Shown here piece after piece: positions 44,816 through 54,658 of a stretch of 64,000 nt of DNA. The stretch is from assembly GCA_017457085.1 (NCBI GenBank), contig JAFTID010000048.1, positions 4,893 to 68,892 on the forward strand. Reading direction: 5' to 3'. Under the pieces are notes generated by a model. The model did no database searches, was not told the DNA's origin, and saw nothing but the letters and a program-made list of their open reading frames with translations. A program made the translations under genes and the position numbers. Each line of letters opens with the position of its first letter. Within the stretch, counting starts at the first letter, position 1. Source of the DNA: Phascolarctobacterium sp. Its GTDB lineage: Bacteria; Bacillota; Negativicutes; Acidaminococcales; Acidaminococcaceae.

Positions 44816-46520
44816 AGATTTTCTTGCTTATTATCGTCCCTATAAAGCACATTTTGTCTTTGTAGTGCTTGGCTCCTGCGTGGCTGCACTTTTAGATTTA
44901 ATTTTCCCAATTTTGGTAAGACATATTCTAAATGTGGAGCTTCCTCAGAAAAACGTGGAAGGCATTCTGAACTGGATATGCCTTCTGATGGCAATGTACT
45001 TTTTCAATTTTGGCTTGCTCTTTTGCATAAATTATTTTGGACATATTATGAGCGCTTCCATTGAGAATGATATGCGCCGTGATATGTTTACCCATTTGCA
45101 AAAGATGTCCTTCCGTTTTTATGACAATGTTAAAACTGGGCAGCTGCTTTCTCGTTTGACTAGCGACATTGTGGAAATAAGCGAGCTTACTTATCGCGGA
45201 CCTAACGATTTATTTATCTGCTGTATTACAATGGCTGGTACTTTGGGTGTTTTAGTGTGGATGAACCCCACCCTTGGAGCCTTGATTGCTTTCCTGCTTT
45301 TAGTGAAAGCGGTGCATACGGTCATTGTAAATCGCAAGATGAAGAACGCGTTCAGGCGCAACCGTGCCAAATCCGGCGAGCTTTCTGCTCAGGCAGACGA
45401 AGCCTTGGGCGGTGTACGCCTTGTGAAAGCCTTCGCCGCCGAAGAGGCAGAACGCTTACGCTTTATGAATAAAAGTGATGAACTGCGGAACACACGCATC
45501 TCATCCTATAAATTGCTTTCCTATTTTAATAGTAGTGTCAATTTATTTACTAATACAACCAATTTAGCCCTGCTTGGCTGTGGTGCCCTGCTCATTGCGG
45601 CAGATGAACTGACCTTGAGTGATTTCGTTGCCTTCTTGCTATACGTAAACCTGTTTATGAAACCTCTCTTGCGTTTGACGGTGTTTACGGAAATGTACCA
45701 AAGAGGTATGGCAGGCTTCGCCCGCTTCCACGAAATTATGTCCAAGCCTGAAGAAATTAAAGACGTTGGTGATGCTATCCCCTGTACCAATATCAAAGGT
45801 GAGATTGTTTTTGAGAACGTTACCTTTGGTTATCTAGAAGGCAAGAACGTTTTGGAAAATATTAATTTACGCATTGCCCCCGGTGAAAAGGTTGCCTTTG
45901 TAGGCACTACGGGAGCAGGCAAGACTACTATCGCTAATCTGCTCTTACGCTTCTACGAGCCTAACCAAGGCAGAGTTTTGTTGGACGGTTTAGATATTCA
46001 AAAATATCAACAGCGAAGCTTGCGTGAACAGATTGGTTTAGTACAGCAGGACGTGTTCCTGTTTTCAGATTCCGTGAAGTTTAACATTGCCTACGGCAAA
46101 TGGGAGGCTAGTGAAACTGAAATTATGGAAGCAGCCAAGAATGCAGCTGCTGATGAATTTATCGGGCGTTTACCCCAAGGCTATGCTACTGAAATTGGCG
46201 AGCGTGGGGTGAAACTAAGTGGTGGTCAGAAGCAACGTATTGCCATTGCCAGAGTGTTCTTGAAAAATCCACCTGTCTTAATCTTGGACGAAGCAACTTC
46301 TGCGCTGGATACTAAGACTGAAAAACAAATTCAGGGTGCGCTGGACAAGCTGTCCCAAAATAGAACTACCCTTATCATCGCCCATCGTCTATCTACAATT
46401 ATTAATGCAGATAGGATTGTGGTGCTGGACAATAACAAAATTGTTGAGATTGGCACCCACCAAGAACTGTTGGCGATGAATGGTATTTATAAAAAATTAT
46501 ATGAACTAAGTGAGCAGTAA
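44808..46520 (+). CDS. ABC exporter, fused permease-ATPase (MsbA/type I exporter-like)
   Basis: 570 aa with an N-terminal 6-TM domain. GTTGAGKTT, LSGGQKQRIAIARV and ILDEATSALD. Confidence 0.85.
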   Translation: MIKDFLAYYRPYKAHFVFVVLGSCVAALLDLIFPILVRHILNVELPQKNVEGILNWICLLMAMYFFNFGLLFCINYFGHIMSASIENDMRRDMFTHLQKMSFRFYDNVKTGQLLSRLTSDIVEISELTYRGPNDLFICCITMAGTLGVLVWMNPTLGALIAFLLLVKAVHTVIVNRKMKNAFRRNRAKSGELSAQADEALGGVRLVKAFAAEEAERLRFMNKSDELRNTRISSYKLLSYFNSSVNLFTNTTNLALLGCGALLIAADELTLSDFVAFLLYVNLFMKPLLRLTVFTEMYQRGMAGFARFHEIMSKPEEIKDVGDAIPCTNIKGEIVFENVTFGYLEGKNVLENINLRIAPGEKVAFVGTTGAGKTTIANLLLRFYEPNQGRVLLDGLDIQKYQQRSLREQIGLVQQDVFLFSDSVKFNIAYGKWEASETEIMEAAKNAAADEFIGRLPQGYATEIGERGVKLSGGQKQRIAIARVFLKNPPVLILDEATSALDTKTEKQIQGALDKLSQNRTTLIIAHRLSTIINADRIVVLDNNKIVEIGTHQELLAMNGIYKKLYELSEQ

Positions 46521-46533
46521 AGGAGCTGAGGTT

Positions 46534-47682
46534 GTGCAAGAATATCAATTTTCCTACGGGAAGAATTTGCGTTGTGGTTACACTACCGGAAGCTGTGCAA
46601 CTGCTGCTGCCAAAGCTGCGGCAACTATGCTGCTTACTGGTGAACGGGTAGAAGTAATCCGCATTGATACACCCAAAGGGATTATTTTGAATTTAGAGCC
46701 TTTGGAGGTGGAGCGTGGCGAAGCTTACGTTAGCTGTGCAATACGTAAGGATTCAGGAGATGACCCGGACGACACCAACGGTATTCTGGTTTACGCTCGC
46801 GTAGAAAAGCTTGCTGCTTCTGGCGTGGAAATCTGTGGTGGCGTAGGTGTGGGCAGAGTAACCCAACCAGGGCTTGCCTGTGCCATGGGTGGTCCTGCCA
46901 TAAATCCCACCCCACGCAAAATGATTACTGCTGAACTTGAAAAAGTTATGTCAGAAGCAGACTATGATGGTGGTTTAAAGGTAACCATTTCCATTCCTGC
47001 GGGGGTGGAGATTGCCAAGAAAACCTTTAATCCACGTTTAGGAATTGTAGGTGGGCTTTCCGTTTTGGGAACTAGCGGCATTGTAGAACCCATGAGTGAA
47101 AAAGCTTTAGTGGAAACCATGCACGTGGAGCTTAATTCTCAAAAGGCTAAGGGTAATAAAAACCTTTTGGTTTTCTTTGGCAACTACGGCGAAGATTTTA
47201 CCCGTGATGTTCTGAAGCTGGATATTTCCAACCGAGTGACCTGTAGCAATTTTGTAGGTGAGCTTTTGGATTACGCAGTGTTCTGCGGTTTTGAAACCTT
47301 GCTTTTGATTGGACACGCAGGTAAATTGGTGAAACTTTCCCAAGGGGTGATGAACACCCATTCCAAATACGCTGATTGTCGCACGGAGCTTTTTGCCCTG
47401 CAGGCAATGCTGCACGGTGCTTCCAAAGAAGTGGGGCAGGAAATTTACAACTGCCTGACTACGGACGAGGTAACCAAGATTTTACAGCGTGAGCAAATTT
47501 TTGAACCTGTTATACAGGAAGTAACTAAGAAGATTGATTTTTACATGCAGCATCGGGTGCATGGAAAGATAAAAACTGGAGCGTTGATGTTCTCCAATGT
47601 TTACGGCATTCTGGGAAAAACAGAATGTGCTGATGAACTTGTGAACTTACATAAACGTGTAGAAAAGGAGATTGAGGTATAA
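46534..47682 (+). CDS. cbiD: Cobalt-precorrin-5B C1-methyltransferase
   Basis: The GTG at 46534 lies 8 nt after AAGGAG. LRCGYTTGSCATAAAKAA is the CbiD hallmark. Confidence 0.85.
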   Translation: MQEYQFSYGKNLRCGYTTGSCATAAAKAAATMLLTGERVEVIRIDTPKGIILNLEPLEVERGEAYVSCAIRKDSGDDPDDTNGILVYARVEKLAASGVEICGGVGVGRVTQPGLACAMGGPAINPTPRKMITAELEKVMSEADYDGGLKVTISIPAGVEIAKKTFNPRLGIVGGLSVLGTSGIVEPMSEKALVETMHVELNSQKAKGNKNLLVFFGNYGEDFTRDVLKLDISNRVTCSNFVGELLDYAVFCGFETLLLIGHAGKLVKLSQGVMNTHSKYADCRTELFALQAMLHGASKEVGQEIYNCLTTDEVTKILQREQIFEPVIQEVTKKIDFYMQHRVHGKIKTGALMFSNVYGILGKTECADELVNLHKRVEKEIEV

Positions 47683-48467
47683 TGATTTATTTTATTGGTG
47701 CTGGTCCTGGCGCAGTTGACTTGATTACTGTTAAAGGCAAAGAATTGTTGGAAAAAGCTGACCTGATTATTTACGCAGGTTCTTTGGTTAATCCCGGCTT
47801 GCTTGATTATGCAAAACCGGAATGTGTAATTATGGATAGTGCTTCCATGACCTTGGAAGAAGTTATTGCGGCAATGGTTCCTGCTGCTCAAGAAGGTAAG
47901 CTGGTAGTACGCTTGCATACTGGTGACCCCAGCGTGTACGGTGCTCACCGTGAACAAATCGATTTGCTGCGTAGCTATAACTTGGATTTTGAAATTGTTC
48001 CGGGCGTAAGCTCCTTCTGTGCGGCGGCAGCTGCTCTTGATGCAGAATATACTCTGCCCAATGTAAGCCAATCTGTAATTATCACCCGTATGGAAGGCAG
48101 AACTCCTGTTCCCTCCAAACAAAAAATTGCTGATTACGCAGCACATAAAGCTACTATGGTTATTTTCCTCAGTAGCGGTATGCTGGACAAATTACAAAAA
48201 GAACTTATCAGAGGCGGTTACAGCGAAGATACTCCGGCTGCAATCGTTTACAAGGCTTCTTGGCCTGATGAAAAGGTTGTACGTTGCACCGTTGGTACCA
48301 TTGCAACCTGCGCAGCAGAACACAATATTACCAAAACTGCTTTGATTACCGTAGGTGGTTTCCTTGGTCATGAATATGAACGTAGCGAATTGTATAATCC
48401 GACATACACCCATATGTTCCGCCAAGCTGATCCCAGCAAATTGGATTTGAAACCTGAGGTTAAATAA
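47682..48467 (+). CDS. cbiF: Cobalt-precorrin-4 C11-methyltransferase
   Basis: MIYFIGAGPGAVDLITVKG and LHTGDPSVYG, the tetrapyrrole methylase fold. Position is between cbiD and cbiG. Confidence 0.85.
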   Translation: MIYFIGAGPGAVDLITVKGKELLEKADLIIYAGSLVNPGLLDYAKPECVIMDSASMTLEEVIAAMVPAAQEGKLVVRLHTGDPSVYGAHREQIDLLRSYNLDFEIVPGVSSFCAAAAALDAEYTLPNVSQSVIITRMEGRTPVPSKQKIADYAAHKATMVIFLSSGMLDKLQKELIRGGYSEDTPAAIVYKASWPDEKVVRCTVGTIATCAAEHNITKTALITVGGFLGHEYERSELYNPTYTHMFRQADPSKLDLKPEVK

Positions 48468-48468
48468 A

Positions 48469-49539
48469 ATGCGTGCTGCAGTTTATTCCTTTTCCCTGCG
48501 TGGAGCAGAGTTAAGTAAAAAGGTTGGTGCCCTTTTGGAAAGTCTTGGCTACGAAACTAGGGTGGAGGCTTTGCCTAAATATGCAGAAGAAGCTAAGCTA
48601 CCTGCCATGGTTGGCAATCACTACGCTGTGACGGAAGTTGCCTTTAAGGATTGCCAAGCTATTGTTTACGTTGGCTCTGTAGGGATTGCCGTGCGCTCCA
48701 TTGCTCCTTATTTGAAAAGCAAGCTGGTGGACCCGGCAGTAATCTCCGTAGATGAACGTGGTAATTTTGTAATTCCCTTGGTTTCCGGTCACATTGGCGG
48801 TGCTAATGAACTGGCACGAGTGCTAGCTGCACACATTGGCGGTCAAGCCTGCGTGACTACTGCTACCGATGTCAACGGACTTTTTGCCGTAGATGAATGG
48901 GCTGCTCGTAACAGAATGGTTATCTGCTCTTTGAATGCAGCGAAGGATTTTGCAGGAGCCCTCGTTCACAATGATGTTGTGGGCGTGTACAGCGACTTTC
49001 CTGTTTTAGAACCCTTGCCCCGTAATATGGAGCTGACTTCTGAAAATGGCAAGTACCTTGTGGGTATGGCAGTAACCTTGGATAAAATGGCGCAGCCTTT
49101 TTTGACCACGGTACGTCTTTTGCCGAAGATTGTGCATCTTGGCATAGGCTGTCGCAGAAATACACCCTTGGAAAAAATAGAAGCGTTGGTGCTTCCCGAA
49201 CTGGAGCGTTTGAAAATTGACAAGCGCTGTATCGTAAGCATTGCTTCTGTAGATTTGAAGAAGGACGAGCAAGGCTTGCTTGCCTTTGCTGAAAAATATA
49301 AATGGCGTACTAAATTCTACAGCGCAGAAGAATTGAACAAGGTGGAAGGCGATTTTACTCCTTCTGATTTTGTGGCAAGCGTTGTAGGTGTGAGCAATGT
49401 GTGCGAGCGTAGTGCGGTGCTGGCTAGTGGTGGTGGTAAACTTTTACTTCGCAAGACTAGCTTCGACGGCGTGACCCTCGCCATTGCTTGTGAAGAAATT
49501 ACTTTAGATTTAAATAAAACCGGTCTCAAGACCGAGTAA
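48469..49539 (+). CDS. cbiG: Cobalt-precorrin-5A hydrolase
   Basis: 356 aa with CbiG-like N, middle and C regions (VSGHIGGAN, LGIGCRR). Gene order supports the call. Confidence 0.75.
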   Translation: MRAAVYSFSLRGAELSKKVGALLESLGYETRVEALPKYAEEAKLPAMVGNHYAVTEVAFKDCQAIVYVGSVGIAVRSIAPYLKSKLVDPAVISVDERGNFVIPLVSGHIGGANELARVLAAHIGGQACVTTATDVNGLFAVDEWAARNRMVICSLNAAKDFAGALVHNDVVGVYSDFPVLEPLPRNMELTSENGKYLVGMAVTLDKMAQPFLTTVRLLPKIVHLGIGCRRNTPLEKIEALVLPELERLKIDKRCIVSIASVDLKKDEQGLLAFAEKYKWRTKFYSAEELNKVEGDFTPSDFVASVVGVSNVCERSAVLASGGGKLLLRKTSFDGVTLAIACEEITLDLNKTGLKTE

Positions 49540-49554
49540 GGATGGTGCCTTGAA

Positions 49555-50286
49555 ATGGCTAAGATTTTTGTTGTGGGCCTTGGCCCCGGCGGCGTAGAAC
49601 AAATGACTAAACGCGCTATTGATGCGCTGAACTCCTGTGATGTTATTGCAGGCTACCACGTGTATGTAAATTTGATTAAAGAAGATTTTGCTGATAAAAA
49701 ATTCCTTTCTACTGGTATGCGTAAGGAAGTTGACCGTTGCAAGCTGACTTTGGAAGAAGCCTTGAAAGGTCAAACCGTTGCCATGATTTCCAGTGGTGAT
49801 GCTGGCGTTTACGGTATGGCAGGCATTATGTACCAAGTTGCTGCTGACCATCCGGAAGTAGAAATTGAAGTTGTTCCCGGTATTACTGCTGCTTGCTCCG
49901 GCGCTGCAGTTCTTGGTGCTCCGCTGATTAGTGACTTCTGTCTGATTTCCCTGAGCGACTTGCTTACTCCCTGGGAAAAAATTGAAAAACGTCTGGACTG
50001 CGCTTCCCAAGCAGATTTCTGCATTTGCCTCTACAATCCGTCCAGCATTAAACGTCACGATTATTTGCAACGCGCTTGCGATATTATGCTGAAGAACCAA
50101 CGCGGTGACGTACCTGCTGGTATCGTTCGTAACATTGGTCGCGAAGGTGAAGCTTACGAAATTACTACCCTGCAAGAACTCCGTGAAATGAAAGTGGATA
50201 TGTTCTCCACTGTCATCATCGGTAACAGCCAAACCCAAGTAATCAATGGCAAGCTGGTAACTCCTCGCGGTTACCGACTGGCATGA
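49555..50286 (+). CDS. cbiH: Cobalt-precorrin-3B C17-methyltransferase
   Basis: IFVVGLGPGGVEQMTKRA, SSGDAGVYGM and PGITAA. Confidence 0.85.
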   Translation: MAKIFVVGLGPGGVEQMTKRAIDALNSCDVIAGYHVYVNLIKEDFADKKFLSTGMRKEVDRCKLTLEEALKGQTVAMISSGDAGVYGMAGIMYQVAADHPEVEIEVVPGITAACSGAAVLGAPLISDFCLISLSDLLTPWEKIEKRLDCASQADFCICLYNPSSIKRHDYLQRACDIMLKNQRGDVPAGIVRNIGREGEAYEITTLQELREMKVDMFSTVIIGNSQTQVINGKLVTPRGYRLA

Positions 50287-51041
50287 AACCTGTAATCTGG
50301 CTTATTGGCGGTACTAGCGAAGGACGTGCTTTAATCAAAGCCTTGGCAGATTTTGACATCAAGCTTTTCGTTTCCGTTGCTACTGGCTACGGCGCAGAGC
50401 TTATTGAAAAGCAGGATAACCTTACGGTTATGGCAGAGCGTATGAATCTGGAAAAGATGCGTGAATTTATTAGGGAGCATCGTCCTGTGTGCGTCATTGA
50501 TGCCACTCATCCCTACGCTGCCATCGTAACTGCTACGGTTCAGGAAGCCTGTGCTTTGGAAAATACCAAGTACCTCCGTTTGCTCCGCCCCGTCGGTGAA
50601 GCAGGGGATGCCATTATAGTTCACGATTTTTCTGAAGCAGTGGAACTGCTCAACCACGTGGAGGGCAATATCTTCCTCACAACTGGCAGTAAAAATTTAA
50701 AGGACTTTACTGCTGTGGAGAATTATCAGGAGCGTATCGCCTTGCGTGTTCTGCCTATGGAAAGCTCTTTGCAAAGTGCTATTGAGCTTGGCTACAAGCC
50801 AAGCAACATTGTGTGTATGCAAGGGCCTTTCTCTAAGGAAATGAACGTTGCCACTTTGAAAAAGTTTGGCAGTAAATTTATGGTGACCAAGGATTCCGGG
50901 GAAGCCGGTGGCTTTTCTGAAAAGATTGTCGCCGCCCAAGAAGCTGGGGCAAAAATTATCGTAGTTGGTCGCACTAAAGAAGAGCAGGGCGCAAGCTACC
51001 AAGAAATTTTAAAATATCTGCAAGCAAATTTTGCAGACTAA
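50283..51041 (+). CDS. cbiJ: Cobalt-precorrin-6A reductase
   Basis: IWLIGGTSEGR, IDATHPYA and VTKDSG motifs. Confidence 0.8.
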   Translation: MKPVIWLIGGTSEGRALIKALADFDIKLFVSVATGYGAELIEKQDNLTVMAERMNLEKMREFIREHRPVCVIDATHPYAAIVTATVQEACALENTKYLRLLRPVGEAGDAIIVHDFSEAVELLNHVEGNIFLTTGSKNLKDFTAVENYQERIALRVLPMESSLQSAIELGYKPSNIVCMQGPFSKEMNVATLKKFGSKFMVTKDSGEAGGFSEKIVAAQEAGAKIIVVGRTKEEQGASYQEILKYLQANFAD

Positions 51042-51090
51042 AGATAAGACATATATTAATGAAGAAAAGTGTATGAAAAGGAGCAAAGCT

Positions 51091-52302
51091 ATGCTGCAAG
51101 TAAATATTGTGGGCATCGGTCCGGGCAATCCGGAACTGCTGACCTTTGCTGCCCGTCAGGCAATTGCCAAAAGCAATATTCTGATTGGCGACAAGCGCAT
51201 GTTGGCTGCCTTTGCTGATGAAAATAAAAAGACTTATGGGACTATTAAGACTGCTGAAATCGTAGAGCTTGCCAAAAAGGCACAGGATACTGATGAAATT
51301 GCCGTGCTTGTTTCCGGTGATGTAGGCTTCTTTAGTCTTGCAAAAACCATTAGCGGTAAATTGCCAGATTGTAACTGCACTCGTTACTGTGGCATTAGCA
51401 GTTTGGTTTATTTTACTTCCAAGCTGGAAATGTCTTGGGACGATGCCAAAATTGTGAGTATGCACGGACGTGAACAAAATCTCGTGTCAGCAGTTGCTCA
51501 TAATAAAAAGGTCTTTTCCTTAACTGGTGGGGACAATTCTCCCCAAGTGCTGTGCCAAAAATTATGTGACCACGGTTTAGGCGAAGTTAAGGTATACGTG
51601 GGCGAGAACCTTTCTTATCCGGAAGAAAAGATTACCTGCGCTACGGCAGAAGAGATTAGCAAGCTGGAATTTCCTTCCCTTTCCGTAATGCTCATCATCA
51701 ACGAAAAGGCAAGTGCCTTTGAGTACGCAGTACACGGCTTGGCAGACGAGCTGTTTATGCGTAGCAAGGTTCCCATGACTAAACAGGAAGTGCGTAGCGT
51801 ATCCATGTCCAAGCTGCAGCCCAAGGCAACTGATTTAATTTATGACATTGGTGCAGGAACAGGCTCCTGCTCCATTGAACTGGCTTTGCTTGCCAATAAG
51901 GGTAAGGTGTGGGCGTTTGAAAGAAATCCTGTTGCCGTAGAACTTTTAGGTAAAAATAAAGAGCTTTTCGCTGTAGATAATTTAGAAATTGTAGCAGGAG
52001 AAGCTTTGGAAAATATTCAGAAGATGCCTGCTCCCGATTGCGTTTTTGTAGGTGGTAGTGGTGGTGACCTGTGCGATATGCTGGACGTTATTTACAGTAA
52101 GAACAGTAAGTGTCGCGTAGTGATTAACGCAATTACCATTGAAACCTTGGGTGAGGTTGTTGCCTACTACGGCGCTCACAAGGATTACGAGCTGGAAGTA
52201 GTAAATGTTTTTGTTGCACGCAATAAAAAATTAGGTAGCTACAATTTGATGATGGCGCAAAACCCCGTATATGTAATGACTGCGTTAAAAAAGGAAGATT
52301 AA
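51091..52302 (+). CDS. cbiET: Cobalt-precorrin-6B/7 C5,C15-methyltransferase and C12-decarboxylase fusion
   Basis: The ATG at 51091 follows AAAGGAG. N-terminus GIGPGNPELLT is CbiE-like. C-terminal SAM-MTase motif DIGAGTGS is CbiT-like. Confidence 0.8.
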   Translation: MLQVNIVGIGPGNPELLTFAARQAIAKSNILIGDKRMLAAFADENKKTYGTIKTAEIVELAKKAQDTDEIAVLVSGDVGFFSLAKTISGKLPDCNCTRYCGISSLVYFTSKLEMSWDDAKIVSMHGREQNLVSAVAHNKKVFSLTGGDNSPQVLCQKLCDHGLGEVKVYVGENLSYPEEKITCATAEEISKLEFPSLSVMLIINEKASAFEYAVHGLADELFMRSKVPMTKQEVRSVSMSKLQPKATDLIYDIGAGTGSCSIELALLANKGKVWAFERNPVAVELLGKNKELFAVDNLEIVAGEALENIQKMPAPDCVFVGGSGGDLCDMLDVIYSKNSKCRVVINAITIETLGEVVAYYGAHKDYELEVVNVFVARNKKLGSYNLMMAQNPVYVMTALKKED

Positions 52303-52303
52303 C

Positions 52304-53665
52304 ATGGCAAAAGTGAAGATGCCTCGCTTTATGATTAGCGCCACTGGAAGTGGTTGCGGAAAAACAACTATTACCTGTGGAATTTTGAAAGCCTTAATGA
52401 ATAAGGGCTTGAAGGTTACTGCCTTTAAGTCCGGACCCGATTATATTGACCCTATGTTTCACTCCAAGGTCATTGGTGCCAAGTCTAGAAACCTTGACGT
52501 ATTCATGCTTGGCAAGGAAACTGTAAAATTTCTGGCGGCGAAGAACTCTGCTGGCGTAGACGTTTCTGTTTTTGAAGGAGCTATGGGTTTTTATGATGGT
52601 ATGGGCAAAACTGCAGATGCTAGTGCCTACGATTTGGCACGTACCTGTGCTGCACCGGTCATTTTGATTGTCAACGGTAAGGGTGCTGCCCTGTCCGTTG
52701 CTGCCCAGATAAAAGGCTTTAAGGAATTTCGTCAGGACAGTCATATTGCGGGAGCCATCCTCAACAATGTTAATCCTATGAGTTACGCATATTATAAGGA
52801 AGTAATTGAACAGGAAAGTGGCGTGAAGCTCTTAGGCTACTTCCCTGTACTGGAAGGCTGTAATTTTGAAAGCCGCCATCTTGGTTTGGTAACTGCGGAA
52901 GAAATTGGCGACCTGCAAGCCATTGTGGAAAAACTGGCGGCGCAGGCAGAGAAGTCTTTAGATTTGGAAGGCATCTTAGAAATTGCCAAGGCTGCTTCTG
53001 AATTAGAATACACACCTCAAAAAATAGAACCTCTTGGCAAAGTGAAGCTTGCCATTGCTCAGGACAAAGCTTTTTGCTTCTACTACCAAGATGCTTTAGA
53101 CCTGCTTACGGAATTAGGAGCAGAGCTTGTACCCTTTAGTCCCATTAGCGACAAGCACTTACCTGACTGCGACGGCTTAGTCCTTGGTGGCGGTTATCCT
53201 GAGCTGTACGCCAAGGAGCTTTCTGAAAACGTAACCTTGCTTGCAGAAATTAAAGCTGCTTTGGAAAATGGCTTGCCCTGTTTCGCAGAATGTGGTGGTT
53301 TTATGTATCTGCTGGAGCGTTACGTGGATAAAGACGTTGCTTTTAATTGGGTAGGAGCGCTCCAAGGGGAAACTGCCATGACCAGCAGGCTTACCCGTTT
53401 TGGCTACGTGACCCTTACTGCCCAAGAGAAAAACCTTTTGTGCGGGGCGGGGGAGCAGATTAACGGACACGAGTTTCATTATTCGGACAGCACCAATAAT
53501 GGAGCAGGCTTCTTGGCACAAAAGGCTTCCGGCAAAGGTGAGTGGAGCTGCGCCAACGTAAGTAAAACCTTGTACGCAGGCTATCCTCACCTTCATTTAT
53601 GGGGCAATGTAAATTTTGCCCGCAATTTTATTAAGGCTTGCGTAGCTTACGCACAACAAAAATAG
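52304..53665 (+). CDS. cbiA: Cobyrinate a,c-diamide synthase
   Basis: ATGSGCGKTT P-loop and a C-terminal glutaminase domain with AECGGFMYL. Confidence 0.85.
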   Translation: MAKVKMPRFMISATGSGCGKTTITCGILKALMNKGLKVTAFKSGPDYIDPMFHSKVIGAKSRNLDVFMLGKETVKFLAAKNSAGVDVSVFEGAMGFYDGMGKTADASAYDLARTCAAPVILIVNGKGAALSVAAQIKGFKEFRQDSHIAGAILNNVNPMSYAYYKEVIEQESGVKLLGYFPVLEGCNFESRHLGLVTAEEIGDLQAIVEKLAAQAEKSLDLEGILEIAKAASELEYTPQKIEPLGKVKLAIAQDKAFCFYYQDALDLLTELGAELVPFSPISDKHLPDCDGLVLGGGYPELYAKELSENVTLLAEIKAALENGLPCFAECGGFMYLLERYVDKDVAFNWVGALQGETAMTSRLTRFGYVTLTAQEKNLLCGAGEQINGHEFHYSDSTNNGAGFLAQKASGKGEWSCANVSKTLYAGYPHLHLWGNVNFARNFIKACVAYAQQK

Positions 53666-53680
53666 ATTTTAGGAGTTATT

Positions 53681-54649
53681 ATGACTACTGTCGCAGCCAT
53701 TGTTACTGGCTTCATCTTAGATTTAATATTGGGGGATCCTCATAGTTTGCCGCACCCTATTTGTCTTATTGGGAATATGATTAGCTTTTTGGAGCGTAAC
53801 CTGCGGAAAATTTTTGGCTTTAGTAATAAGGGCTTGCTTTTTGGCGGTGGGGTAATGGTGCTTGTTGTAATCAGCGCCTGCTTTGCTGTACCTTATGCTC
53901 TGCTTTATTTTGCTGGCTTGGTAAATCCGTGGTTTGCTTTTGGCTTGGAAACCTTGATGTTCTATCAGATTTTTGCTACCAAATGCCTGCGTGATGAAAG
54001 TATGAAGGTGTTCTACGCTTTACAAAAGGGAGATTTAGAAGAAGCTCGTTTAATGCTGTCTTGGATAGTTGGTCGTGATACGAAAAACCTTTCGGAAGCA
54101 GAGGTAACCAAGGGTGCAGTGGAAACCATTGCAGAAAATACTGCTGACGGAATTATCGCTCCCATGCTTTATATGTTCATTGGCGGTGCGCCGCTGGCAT
54201 TTTTGTATAAGGGTATTAACACCATGGATTCCATGGTGGGTTACAAAAACGAAAAGTATTTATATTTTGGCAGATGTGCTGCCAAATTAGATGACGTGGC
54301 TAATTTTATTCCTGCCCGCATTACAGGCTTGGTGATGATTGCGGCAGCTTACTTCCTAAATTTTGATGCTGCACGGGCGTGGAAAATTTTCCGTCGCGAC
54401 AGGTATAACCATTTAAGTCCCAATTCTGCCATGACAGAATCCGTTGCAGCTGGCGCACTTAACATTCAGCTGGGCGGTGGACATTTCTATTTTGGCAAAT
54501 GGGTGCACAAGGATACCATTGGTGACGATATCCGTCCTGTTAAAGCTGAGGATATTGTTGCTACCAATAATCTGCTGTATATGACAGCGGTGCTTAGTTT
54601 AATTTTCTTTACGTTGATTTATTTATTAAGGATTTTTCCGATAGTTTGA
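53681..54649 (+). CDS. cbiB: Adenosylcobinamide-phosphate synthase
   Basis: Membrane protein with GDPHSLPHPICLIG and NTMDSMVGYK. Confidence 0.85.
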   Translation: MTTVAAIVTGFILDLILGDPHSLPHPICLIGNMISFLERNLRKIFGFSNKGLLFGGGVMVLVVISACFAVPYALLYFAGLVNPWFAFGLETLMFYQIFATKCLRDESMKVFYALQKGDLEEARLMLSWIVGRDTKNLSEAEVTKGAVETIAENTADGIIAPMLYMFIGGAPLAFLYKGINTMDSMVGYKNEKYLYFGRCAAKLDDVANFIPARITGLVMIAAAYFLNFDAARAWKIFRRDRYNHLSPNSAMTESVAAGALNIQLGGGHFYFGKWVHKDTIGDDIRPVKAEDIVATNNLLYMTAVLSLIFFTLIYLLRIFPIV

Positions 54650-54658
54650 GTATAAAGG

